From positions 276,934 to 340,933 of the forward strand of contig MU053520.1 of the NCBI GenBank assembly GCA_013239625.1: a DNA stretch of 64,000 nt, written 5' to 3'. Made by a program: the position numbers and the translations under genes. Shown here in pieces: positions 37,471 through 49,859 of the stretch; the first letter of the stretch is position 1, and every line of letters starts with the position of its first letter. The notes below the pieces were generated by a model that was not told where the DNA came from, made no database searches, and saw only the letters and a list, made by a program, of their open reading frames with translations. Source of the stretch: Lama guanicoe (taxonomy: Eukaryota).

Positions 37471-38125
37471 TGTTGACTGAAAAAAAAAAAGAAAGAAAAA
37501 CAAAAAGCAAAAAACAAAAAACAAAGTAAAAGTAGTTAGTTTCAGTTTTATCCAGGACCTTACTAAGACTATATCCTGGGAGACAACCTCTCAGATAGCC
37601 CTGAGGAACTCTTCCAAAGAAGTAAGGGAGGGTTCAGTATACATACAATATTTTTTGGCTGGGAGATGCATGTAATCAAACATTAAAAGAGTGCTACTAA
37701 TCACAAAGAACAAATATCTCAAGTTAATGGTTTTAGTTCTTTTTTCTTATTTCTTTTATTGTTATTTTTATTGAAGAATAGTTGATTTAAAATATTGTGT
37801 TAATTTCAGGTGTGTATATATATATAATACGCACACATACATATATAGTTTTCAGATTCTTTTGCATTATAAGTTATTACAAGATTTTAGAGGTAGTCTA
37901 CATACTGGAAGAAGCAAGAATCTATGGTCAGTGAAATCCTTCATTAGATATGTAGTTTAACTCTCTAAGGATCCTTATATCAGAAGAACAGAATGTTTCA
38001 TCCTTTTTTTGTTCACCCTGAATTCCTCTCAGGGTGCACTATGTTGGAGACTGCAATGGCTTGTGACTTAACTCTTTGTATAAGGGAATGATGTGTGACA
38101 CTCTGTTTTTGTATATTTGTTTACA
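37471..38125 (-). mobile_element. ERV1-type LTR interrupted by a short L1 tail (~37737-37888)
   Basis: Starts TGTTGA, ends TTTACA; 'cctgggagacaacctctcagatagccctgaggaact' motif. Confidence 0.6.
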
Positions 38126-39624
38126 AATGAATGTTCCATGCAAGTAGGTGGATGTTTTATCCCCACTGCAATAGCCATAGTGGCTGCATTTACAAACACT
38201 AAGCATTTAATAAATATATATGTGATGAATGAATGAATAAATGTAGGCTCAGTTTCTTCATCTATAAAATGAAGATATTTCTGAAATTTGATTTAGGGCA
38301 CTATCAAAAAGCTAACCAAGAAACTGGATTATTCATCACCACTAATACTGACTCAGTGGTAATGTAGTTCTGAAAAGCAAGGAAGATTATAACATGTTAT
38401 TGACCTGGACCACTTAAAACCATATTAAAGCAGAATTTTGTAATGTTTTCATTCATATTCTTTTCGTTGTTTGCTGTAAACCACATTGGGGAGGTAAAAC
38501 AATGTCATGTTCTTCCCAAATGAAAACAATAAAGCCCTCCAGTCCCAGTTATTGCTGGCAACATGCTTCTTTTCATATGTGAACAAGTGTAAATAACAAC
38601 TGAAAGTACTTCAGTTCAATTTGGTCTGTAATCCATGGATGTGACATTCTCCTACATCTATCCAGATATATTTTCTTGATGATATAATACCACATGTTTT
38701 AATGGCACCAAGATACAATTATAGTAACTGGATGAAATAGTAATCTTGGTATCTCTGACTAATTTACTTCAGTAGATATATTCCATTGTCCTAAAGCCAG
38801 ATGTTCATGCAGTCAAGGTGACCAGTGAAACTGCCTGATCTGTGACTGATAACCCTAGGAAAACCAAACAGCTTTGCTTTATATGTTTAGAAAAATGAGG
38901 TGCATATTTCCAATTCCCCTAATGCTTATTTACTTAAAGGTTTTATTAAGCCTGTGATAGTTTTAAAAAAAACTGTGTAGAAAAAATATAAAAATAAAAG
39001 GAAGGTCATTTGTTTTAGAAAAGAAAACAAAACTTTTTTTCTAATGATTACATCTGAGCAAGGAGAAGCACAAAGGTCTAAACTGGGAGAGGGTAGGAGG
39101 GTGGGAGGGTTGTAAAAGAAGCACTGAGAAAAAGCAGGTGTCTAAATTCATATGTAGAACATCCCCAGTAATGGAACCAATAAATGCTCACAGATTTTAT
39201 GCTGTTGTTTTGGTTTCAAAAATATTTAAAACTTCATCTTGTCACGTATTGAAAAGCAGGTAAATTTTGGCTGGCTAGAATAAAATGGTTTAAAACACAT
39301 GTAAATTAACCATGTGATTTGTTGAAGGGTGTAACAGCATATATAATCAAATTATTATCACAATCAACATCATCCATTTTCTTTTTCTTTTTTATTTCGC
39401 CTTAAGACATTGATTACAAAATAGTAACACTCCATTCCACCCACTCTTATCCTAAAATAACTATAAAGAATGATTTTGGGGGAAACATTTCTAATGAGAA
39501 TGTTAAGAACGACTGCTATGATCACTGAAAATAAAGTTTCAATCTTGTGGATTACAGGATCCTAGCACTTGGACTGTTTGTTGGTAATTTTGAATATTTT
39601 TTTCTGGGTATAATTTGATGTATG

Positions 39625-42052
39625 GGTTTTTATTTATTTTTTATTCTTAGTTGTTTAGCATTTTTTATTGAGTTACAATCATTTTACAACGTTGTGTCAA
39701 ATTCCAGTGTACAGCACAATTTTTCAGTTATACATGAACATATATATATATTCATCATCACAATTATTTCTCTGTGAGCTACCATAAGAACTTGTTTAAA
39801 TTTCCCTATGCTATACAGTGTAATCTTGTTTATCTGTTCTACATTTTGAAATCCCAGTCTGTCCCTTCCCACCGCCTGCTCCCTTGGAAATCACAAGTTT
39901 GTATTCTATTTCTATTGGTCTGTTTCTGTTTTGTACTTATTTTTTTTTCTTGATTCCACATATGAGCGATCCATATGGTATTTTTCTTTCTCTTTCTGGC
40001 TTACTTCTCTTAGAATGACATTCTCCAGGAGCATCCATGTTGCTACAAATGGCATTATGTTGTCAGTTTTTATGGCTGAATAGTATTCCATTGTATAAAT
40101 GTACTACTTCTTCTTTATCCAGTCATCTGTTGATGGACATTTAGTCTGTTTCCGTGTCTTGGCTACTGTAAATAGTGCTGCTATGAACATTGGGGTGCAG
40201 GCGTCATTTTGAAGTAGGGTCCCTTCTGACCCTTCTGGAGCCCAGGAGCGGGATTCCTGGGTCATATGGTAAGTCTATTTCTAGTCTTTTGAGGAATCTC
40301 CATACTGTTTCCCACAGTGGCTGTACCAACTTTCATTCCTACCAAAAGTGTAGGAGGGTTCCCTTTTCTCCACAGCCTCTCCAGCGTATGTCATTTGTGG
40401 ATTTTTGAATGATGGTCATTCTGACTGGTGTGAGGGGATACCTCATTGTAGTTTTGATTTGCATTTCTCGTGATATTGAGCATTTTTTCATGTGCCTATT
40501 GGTCATTTGTATGTCTTCCTTGGAGAACTGCTTGTTTAGGACTTCTGCCCATTTTGGACTGAGTTGTTTGCTTTTTTCTTATTAAGTCATATGAGCTGCA
40601 TATATATTCTGGAGATCAAGCCTTTGTTGGTTTCATTTGCAAAAATTTTCTCCCATTCCATAGGTTGTGTTTTTGTTTTACTTATGGTTTTCTTTGCTGT
40701 GCAGAAGCTTGTAAGTTTCATTAGGTTCCATTTGTTTATTCTTGCTTTTATTTCTATTGCTTGGGTAGACTGCCCTAGGAGAACATTTTTGAGATGTATG
40801 TCAGATAATGTTTTGCCTATGTTTTCTTCTAGGAGGTTTATTGTATTTTGTCTTATGTTTAAGTTTTTGATCCATTTTGAGTTTATTTTTGTGTATGGTG
40901 TAAGGGAGTGTTCTAGCTTCATTGATTTACATGCTGCTCTCCAATCTAGCTTCATTGCTTTACATGCTGCTGTCCAGTTTTCCCAGCACCATTTGCTGAA
41001 GAGACTGTCTTTATTCCACTGTATATTCTTGCCTCCTTTGTCGAAGATGAGTTGACCAAAAGTTTGTGGGTTCATTTCTGGGCTCTCTATTCTGTTCCAT
41101 TGGTCTATATGTCTGTTTTGGTACCAATACCATGCTGTCTTGATGACTAGCTCTATAGTATTGTCTGAAGTCTGGGGGAGTTATTCCTCCAGCCTCTTTC
41201 TTTTTCTTCAGTAATGCTTTCACAATCCTAGGTCTTTTTTAGTTCCATATAAATTTTATTATGATTTGTTATAGTTCTGTAAAATATGTCCTGGATAATT
41301 TGATAGGAATTTCATTAAATCTGTAGACTTCCTTGGGCAGTGTGACCATTTTAACAATACTGATTCTTCCAATTCAGGAGCATGGGATATCTTTCCATTT
41401 TTTAAAATCTTCTTTAATTTCCTTCATCAGTGGTTTATAGCTCTCCGTGAATAATTCTTTCACCTCCTTGGTTAGATTTATTCCTAGGTATTTTATTACT
41501 TTGGGTGCTATTTTAAAGGGGATTGTTTCTTTATTTTCTTTTCCTGTTGATTCATCATTAGTGTAAAGAAATGCAACTGATTTTTGAACATTAATCTTGT
41601 AACCTGCTACCCTGTTGAATTCTTCAATAAGCTCTAGTAGTTTTTATGTGGACCTTTTAGGGTTTTCTATATATAATAACATGTCATCAGCATATAGTGA
41701 CACTTTTACCTCTTCTTTTCCAATTTGGATCCCTTTTATTTCTCTCTCTTGTGTGATCACTGTGGCTAGGATTTCCAGGACTATGTTGAATAGGAGTGGT
41801 GATAGTGGGCAGCCTTGTCTTGTCCCAGATTTTAGTGGGAAGCTTTTGAGTTTTTCACCATTGAGTACTATGCTGGCTGTAGGGTTTGTCATATATAGCT
41901 TTTATTATGTTGAAATATGTTTCCTCTATATCCACTTTGGTGAGTGTTTTTATCATAAACGAGTGTTGAATTTTATCAAATGCTTTTTCTGCATCTATAG
42001 AGATGACCATGTGGTTTTTGTCCTTTCTGCCTTTCTCTTATTGATGTGATGT
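39625..42052 (-). mobile_element. Young 5'-truncated L1: ORF2 RT and C-terminus plus 3'UTR
   Basis: RT motifs [19 protein letters not shown] and [10 protein letters not shown] (41644-41892); [14 protein letters not shown]...CWENW; frameshifted. Confidence 0.95.
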
Positions 42053-42192
42053 AATTACATATTACCAAAGTGTAAGTCACAGTGTGTACAAAGAATGGCT
42101 CTTAGAGACTGCTGACATGGGAGGTGGTGGAGAGTATCTTAGTTTGGGTTCTCCTGAGAGAGATCTTGAAAAAAGAACTTAGGTGTAGATGG

Positions 42193-42746
42193 TGTCAGGG
42201 AAGAAGAAATTTCCTTTACCCTTTTAGGTTCTTCTGACTGGTCTAAAAACTAAATTGACATGAGAGAAATTAACAGAAGAAAATGAAAAGTTTAAAAACA
42301 TGTATATACATGACATGGAACCTGGAAAACTGAGTTATTCACCAGAATGGCCAAAGCCCTCACCTTAAGTTTCATCTCTAGCTTAAAAGAGGTTGCTAGG
42401 GTCGTGGTTTAGGAATTCAAAGGTGAGAAGACAATTTACTTGGAGATGGCAAAACAAATGTTTGGTTAAAAATGTTTGTTGGGCCATACAGAGACAAAGA
42501 CACAGAGTAGACTCTAATCTCCAGGCCCTGCAGAGTTCCCCTCTGTCCCATATTGCCCATGTTTGCAGATATTTCTAGTAATAGCCCTATTCCAGGAAGA
42601 GGCCCTTTATCTAAATTCTTTCAGGCAGTTAAAGGGGCAGTAACAAGAAACACTTTCTGAGTCTTCTGTTTCTTAAAAATAATCAGTTTAAATTGATCCT
42701 ATGTCAAAGAGACACAATTTAAGGTGTTAAATTTTGCTCCCTTACA
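42193..42746 (-). mobile_element. Solo LTR, ERV1 class, nested in an older LTR fragment
   Basis: TG...CA ends with exact 4-bp TSD ATGG (42189-42192 / 42747-42750). Confidence 0.75.
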
Positions 42747-42984
42747 ATGGTATATTGCATGCATGAGCTAGTGAGGAAAATGTGGGCAGAAAAAAATTAA
42801 GAAGGTATTATTAAAGATGCCACTGTAAGCAACAAGGTATTGATTCTCTTGGGATTTTCTGAGAAACCTATAAAATAACTCCCGAAATAATGTTCCTGAA
42901 GAATGTCTTGAGATTGAGAATTGTTCCTTTGGTCATTGACTCTGTTGCACTTCTTGGCATGAGAGAAACCTCTGGGTAGAAGTC

Positions 42985-43280
42985 ATATAAATGCACAACA
43001 ATGTGCCATGCAAATATGTGGGGGAATAGTTTTCCAGGCAGACAAAATAGCATGCAAAAATTTTTGGAAAGGGAACGTTCTTAGTGTGTTAAAGAATAGC
43101 AAGTCTGTTAACGTGACTGGAGCCCAGATGAGCAGAGCTGAGGGAAAGGCATAGAATAAGGTCTGCACTGTAGCCAGAGGCTTCAGGACATTGTGATCCA
43201 GTATAAGTACTTTAATTCTAAAGCAATGGGAAACTTTCAGAAGCTGAGAGCAGTTATATCATTATAGATTTTCATTTAAA
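42985..43280 (-). mobile_element. L2 LINE remnant
   Basis: 'ccatgcaaatatgtgggggaatagttttccaggcagac...tgactggagc...gcaatgggaaac'. Confidence 0.7.
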
Positions 43281-43683
43281 ATGTTAATGCAAATTGTTTA
43301 AACTAGAGTAGTGACTGCTGTAACAAGTTGGCCCCCAACATAACAGTTTATTTTTGGTTCCTCATTATTGGTAAGGTTATGGACATTGTCATCTTCAAAA
43401 TGTATTTTCCAAAACTGCTCTAGAGATCATTACCCAGCTTAAAGAAGGAGTAATAGCCTAGAAGTTCCCATTTGATAATATAGATTGATCAGGGATAAAA
43501 ATGTCTCCCTTCACTGCACAGACCAATGACTAGAACCCAATTACACTGGCATACCTAACTCCAAAGGAACTTAGGGAATGTGTCCAGTTATGTATTCAAG
43601 AAAATTGAACAATAATTATTTTATCATTTCTAGACATTCCTGAATGCTAACAAATCTAATGATTTATTGGATTTAACACATTT

Positions 43684-43813
43684 CTTTTGTGTTTTTCTGG
43701 GGGGGAGGTAACTAGCTGTATTTATTTATTTTTGAATGGAGGTACTGGGGATTGAACCCAGGACTTGGTGCATGCTAAGCATGCACTCTACCACTGAGCT
43801 ATACCCTCTTCCC
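43684..43813 (-). mobile_element. tRNA-Ala-derived SINE (camelid vic-1-like)
   Basis: Minus strand GGGAAGAGGGTATAGCTCAGTGGTAGAGTGCATGCTTAGCATGCACCAAGTCCTGGGTTCAATCCCCAGTACCTCCA with Pol III A/B boxes, then an AT-rich stretch, a C-run and an A-rich tail. Confidence 0.9.
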
Positions 43814-44214
43814 TTTAAATATTTGTGATTACACCACATTTTTCAAAGCAACTTAGAATATATATATATAAATATAAATGTGTAAATATAAATATAAATA
43901 ATATATATCTAATAGAATACATAATAGCCTTTGGAATAGAGATTAAAGTACTTAAGATATATATCTTAATCTTATTTCCTGTAAAAACACCAATAATTTT
44001 CCATTCTATTTTATTATTTTTATTTTTTCTATTTCACTTTTAAACTTCTAGTTATGACACACCATATTCATCTTATTTCCACTTGAAGATTACTTCCTCC
44101 AAGTCAAAAGTCAATGTGATAAACCATTTATCAACTGGGAATTAAGCCCTGAACTTAGAATAAAAATGTTGGGTTAAAATCCCGTTATTGTCAGTGTAAC
44201 AAACAGATAACGTA

Positions 44215-44362
44215 GGTTGGTTCTTAGACCAGTAGCATCAACGTCACCTGGGAGTTTTCTCTGGGAATACAGACATTCCTCTCAGATCTACTGAATCAAT
44301 ATCTGTATTTTTACAAAGTTCCCAGATGATTCATACACACATAAATATTTGAGAATCACTGG
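44215..44362. mobile_element. MER5A-like hAT MITE
   Basis: 'gaccagtagcatcaacgtcacctgggag...ctactgaatca...tttgagaatcactg'. Confidence 0.7.
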
Positions 44363-46143
44363 GTTAGGTAATACTGCATTAACAAACCACCTCAATTTCT
44401 TAGTAGTTTAAAAATATTTATTTCTTGTTAATGCTACCTGGCCATCATAAGTAAGCGTGGGGGTTTAGCTTATCATAGCCACTGAAGAACCAAGTGTTTA
44501 GAGTAGTCATTTTCTCAAACATTGCCAGTATCTCAGAAGGTATTTTCATCATCCTACCACACCATCAAATAAACAAATTATGGGTGTCATCCCTGCCTAC
44601 TAAATACAAAATACTTTCTCCCTTATTCATTACTAATAAACATTGAACTTAACTGATTATATTAAATTTGTTGTATATTTGTTCTGGCTTTCTTCTATTA
44701 TGATGAAGTCCACAGTGTCTTGTACATCTTTACATACTAAATGTTAAGTTCCTATAATTTCATTAATTTGTTGGGTTTTATTTTTGTAAGTTAAATAGCA
44801 CATTTAGATTCAAAGACACTTTTCCTTTTCTAGATTAGGAAATGTATCAATTGCTTTAAAAGAGAGCTTAGTGCTAGGAAATCCCTATTAAAACAAGTCA
44901 GCATCTGGGTGAGGTCAGGATGAGAAGACCTTGCCTGAATTCAGTGAGGTTGATTGATGAGATGAGCTTGACCCATGAACTTACCACCTTTGATAGCACT
45001 TTTTATCTACAGAAAATTGATAAAAAGTTGGAAGTATTGGTAGGTCCTGGCTGCAGTTCTGATTCTCCTGGGGAGTGAAAATAAAAAGGAAAAAAAGAAA
45101 AAAAAAGAAAAAATGTTTCCTTTTAATTTTCCCAAATGTAAAAGTCTTAAAGCTACCTTTGAATTTTAATTAAATGCTTTCTGCTGAGCAAATATTTTGC
45201 AAATTAGAGGTGATTTACAGTATTTAATCATATGCAGCCAACATTTGTCAGCTTTTAGGCTATCAAACCTAGATTACTTTTCCCCTATTTTTATTATGAA
45301 CCATCTATACAGACAAGGCATTTCTTTTCTAAGAGCTATGAAAAACCAGTTTGTTACATATATCATAAAAATATTGGTAATAGGTCACAAGGTATCTTTC
45401 CATATTAATCAATCAATCCTCACTATAAATCCATGGCTATCCTCATTTAATGGTTGAGGCAATTGAGGCACAAAGAGAATAAGTAATTTTTTAGCTTTGA
45501 AGTCCTAGGGGATTTATGGAGACAAACTTATTGTAAACAGGTCTCTTATCCTTTTTCATCTTGTTCATCTATACTTTCCTCAGATCTTAATTGTAAAAAA
45601 AAAAAAAATGAGATCACTAGGTAACATCTTACCTAATACCTGATTTCTATTCTACTGAATGTACATAATGCCTTGCCTAACATTTTGATTTCTTTCCTAG
45701 ATTAAAAGGAGTAAGAATGAAGACTTAGGTAGTTAAACAATAACTGACTCTACTCTCAGGCTTCCCCTTAGCAGGTTTGCAGGCAGACCATACAGGCAAG
45801 ACAGCATCCACATAAAGAGAAGAAGTCAGCAGGTCTACACACAATGGAAAAGAGACAAAGAATCTGACCTCCTACATCAATGATTAACTGAGATTATTTC
45901 CCCTTTCAAGCTGAATTACGTGCTCAATAGTTGATTGAAGATGTATGCAATTTTGGAAATATTTAATTGAGTATTTCATGTACTTTTATGTAAATGATGG
46001 AAGGAATTTCCATGAAGTTTAGATACAGAAATGAATAGCACAATGAAGGATTGAGATATAAATAAAGATAATGACAAAAGAAAACAATAAGTTTGGGAAG
46101 ATTTCAGTTTGCTGCAAATTATTGCTTTCAATAAGAGACCACA

Positions 46144-46603
46144 TTTGTTTTCTTCCTTGGAGAATTGCTTGTTTAGGTCTTCTGCCCATTTTTGGATTAA
46201 GTTGTTTGTTTTTTCCTTATTAAGTTGTATGAGCTGCTTATGTATTCTGGAGATTAAGCTTTTGTCGGTTTCATCCTTTGCAAAAATATTCTCCCATTCC
46301 GTAGGTTGTCATTTTGTTTTAGTTATGGTTTCCGTTGCTGTGCAGAAGCTTGTAAGTTTCATTAGGTTCCATTTGTTTATTCTTGCTTTTATTTCTATTG
46401 CTTGGGTAGACTGTTCTAGGAGAACATTTTTGAGATGTATGTCTGATAATGTTTTGCTCATGTTTTCTTCTAAGAGGTTTATTGTATCTTGTCTTATATT
46501 TAAGTCTTTGATCCATTTTGAGTTTATTTTTGTGTATGGTGTAAGGGAGTGTTCTAGCTTCATTGATTTACATGCTGCTGTCCAGTTTTCCCAACACCAT
46601 TTG
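46144..46603 (-). mobile_element. Internal L1 ORF2 fragment, truncated at both ends, with 15-bp TSD
   Basis: Near-identical to ~40505-40996; flanked by CAATAAGAGACCACA (46129-46143) and CAATAAGAGATCACA (46604-46618). Confidence 0.9.
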
Positions 46604-47620
46604 CAATAAGAGATCACAAAATTCCTGAATGAACCTCTTTAGTTTAAAAATGCAACCTTCACAATCTACTTTGTTTCATGGCATGCAAAACTTTAGTTAT
46701 ACCTAAGTTTGCTATATCTAAGTTTTTTTTTAATATTACAAAGATAACTATCTCCTAACCATCAAATTTTGAAAGCTGCGTTAACTGAAAGAAGCAAGAG
46801 AAAAATGTCATTTTCCTAGTCTCTATTCAGAAGTCTCTTATTTAGGAGCTTAGAAATTGAAAACCATTGGTTTACCCCAAAAGTCAGAATTCTACTTCTC
46901 AGTCTTTAATCTTATTCTCCAGTTATAAAAGAACAAAGAGAAATATGTCTACTTCTTTGGTCAATCTTATTTCATTCTTACTAGAAGTTGAACACATAGA
47001 AAAGAAACAAAATAAATTGTTAGCTGAATTTACTGACAGTTTGTTAATGCTGAGCAAAACAAACAAACAGAAGCACACTTGTATAATCTAGGAAGTAGTT
47101 AACAGATTAAAACAATAGTGAACATTCACTGAATATGATCAATATCTATTGTTGATAATTTTTTTGGCTTGGATAGAGTGTTAGTTTCAAGCAGTACTTC
47201 CAAGTTTATCTATGTTAGTATAATCTGGGACGTTAAAAATAATGTGATACACAATCTGTACCCCAGACCAATTAAATTAAAATCTTATGCAATTTCGGCA
47301 TCAATATGTTTTAAGCTCTCCAGGTGACTTCAATTTTGGGCCATATTTGAGATCCACTGTCTCAATTACAGTTTAATCTTAATCCTATAATAACTGGTAA
47401 CATTATTCTAAACATTCTACCAACAATTGTGTTATACCAGTTACTCTCAACTCTCCTTCTGTATTATAGAAACCTATTTGATAAATGAGGTTATAGAGAT
47501 TATTTATATAGAACATAAAATGATGTGTTTCTATAATAAAAAGACTAATTTAACTAGTTTCAGGCTCTATAACAATGATGATAGCAGAATTAAGCTTTCT
47601 TTCTAACTGCTTGCTGCTTA

Positions 47621-47999
47621 TAACAAAGATTCTCTTCTTGGCCAAACTCTCCTCAGGTTCCTGTATTATCTCTTCTCAACTAGGCCCTGACTTTTGAGCT
47701 TTTGTGTTCATCTCTGTTTTGTTCAATTTTAGCAAGAATCTAAGTCAGTTTAGTTAGAATCTTTCATCCTCCGTATCTAATCACCTTTGACATCTGATTG
47801 AGTTTTTCATCCTTTCCCCCTGCCATGTAATTTATGAAGAAATCATTTTTAGCATGAACCCTATTGTATCTGGAGTTCATTCCAATCTCTCTCTTCCACT
47901 GCAAAACCCCATTGTAGCACATTCTACTTTGATGCAATGGTCTTAAATAAAGTATGCCTTCCTATTCTTTAATGTGTCATGAATAGTTTTTCTTTAACA
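47621..47999 (+). mobile_element. Solo LTR, MER31-like (ERV1)
   Basis: Starts 'taacaaagattctcttcttggccaaact', AATAAA near 47946, ends 'tttaaca'; flanks CTTA/TTTA. Confidence 0.65.
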
Positions 48000-48884
48000 T
48001 TTATTGCAACTACATGTAAAACAGCAGCTACAAGTGCAGATCACAGTATGTGAATTATTCCTTTTTACAGAATTGCAAAATTCAGTTCAACTACAACAGA
48101 AACATTGACCTTATGCCAAATTTAGTAATCAGAAACTCATTGGGTGAGACTGATTCACAAGCATTTTTCACAAATCACCTTAGTGATTTTATGTTCACTA
48201 AACTTTCTGGCCCAGTGTTCCTATGGATTTATAGAAAGCAAAAGGAGCAAAATCAGCTTAAATAAAACTTAAATGAGACAAAGAATATTTATAACCAAAA
48301 ATATATCTTTTAAAAATAAATTTACTCATGTACTTATTTATTTTATTACAGGAATACTATACAAGTAAGGACAGATGAGTCCCACCCAGTGGAAGCTTCA
48401 AAAGACTGTCATTGTTTTACATTCTTCTCACCAGTGTTGGACAGCCAGCTATAATCTTGCATTTGTCCCTGGAATAAAACCAAGAAAGGGATCCCAGAAG
48501 TGATAATTCTGACAGTAAGAGATCATTTTCCATCTATAGTCTCTGACCAAAAAAATTGTACAGTTTCTTTGCTTAGGCTAGATTATAGTTCTGGGTAAAA
48601 TAATGATATAGTTGCATGTAGAATGAATTTGGGACACTAATTTATCTGTCAGGTCAAGCATGAGAAACATTTCTTTTCCAATAGCTATCAAGCAGAAAGA
48701 AGGTAGTAAAGTCAGTTATAAAATTGGTAGTTTCCATTAAAATATATCATCTCAAACAAGTACCAGTAAATTTAATGATATTCAATGTACAAAGAAGCTG
48801 ATAACTCAGAAAATCAATGTATTACTATGGTTTATGTTTTATGGAGATATTTTCCCAATATTTTGTAAGGTTATGAATCAAACC

Positions 48885-48965
48885 TGTGTGTATGTGTGCA
48901 TGCATGTGTTTATGTGTGTATGTGTGTGTGAGAGAGAGAGAGAGAGAAAGAAAGAGACAGATAGA
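48885..48965. repeat. Compound (TG)n/(AG)n microsatellite
   Basis: Read directly from the sequence. Confidence 0.9.
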
Positions 48966-49165
48966 CAAAGTTGGGGAAGGCAGTATGTGAGAAAATACAT
49001 ACGTAAAGCTATTGAAACAGGACATTTAGATGAGACGGTTTTGTGGCTACAAAAGATGTGAACTTCTCTAAAATAAGGACCATATATAGATCATCTTTGG
49101 TTTTTCTCCAAAATCTAATAAAGCATCTGGAACACTTAATGGTAAAGTATATCTATCAGACTTGA

Positions 49166-49214
49166 TATATCTATATCTATATCTATATCTATATCTATAT
49201 CTATATCTATATCT
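49166..49214. repeat. (TATATC)n microsatellite
   Basis: About eight units. Confidence 0.95.
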
Positions 49215-49859
49215 AAGTATATCTGTCTATAAAATTCAAGTAGCATTTATTCACATAGCATTTATTAAGTAAGAATATGGTAGGTATTATCATATAAAAT
49301 AATCTTGGTCTGAGATTGAGATTATTCTTTAATCTAGCCTTATAGAATTTAGTATAGTAATTTTATTAACCTAAAATCTATAATAGATGACTTGAATTCT
49401 TATGTGCATAATCCACACTTAGCTATACTACCAATTCCAAAAGCAATGCACTTTCCTCATCACTGTCATTAATATATGGCATTGAGTAAAGAAGAATAAA
49501 GAGTACTGAATTCAGTGGGGTTATTGTGGGAAGAAAACCTAAGAAAATGTCATTAATGTCCTAAACAAGGACAAATTTACTATATAGAAATCAAAATGAT
49601 TTGGCAGTTCCTTCCAAATTTTTGTCCTATAGGGAGTATTTATCCCTTTAATGTGAGTTCTATTAAGGAATACTTTGCTACCAACCAAAACCACATTTTG
49701 TCACAAATATTTGGATTTCACAAGCTCTAAATTAAAAAAAAAAGAAGAAGAAAATAAAGAAAAAGAAAAACACATTAAATATCAAAAGGTTCTGTAATCT
49801 AGGCAAGAAATACCTTCCAAACCAGACAACTAGCAGTTGACAAAAACTCCAGGGTTATT

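Noticed and set aside
40564..41055. Long hydrophobic plus-strand ORF (similar ones at 46109-46609 and, on the minus strand, 63678-63968)
   Set aside because: Antisense shadow frames of L1 ORF2
39611..42060. TSD for the 39.6-42.0 kb L1 (TGATGTA at both sides)
   Set aside because: The right-hand copy is explained by L1 sequence itself and the adjacent bases do not match
43735..43810. tRNA-Ala gene
   Set aside because: Imperfect stems and an attached SINE tail; it is a SINE head
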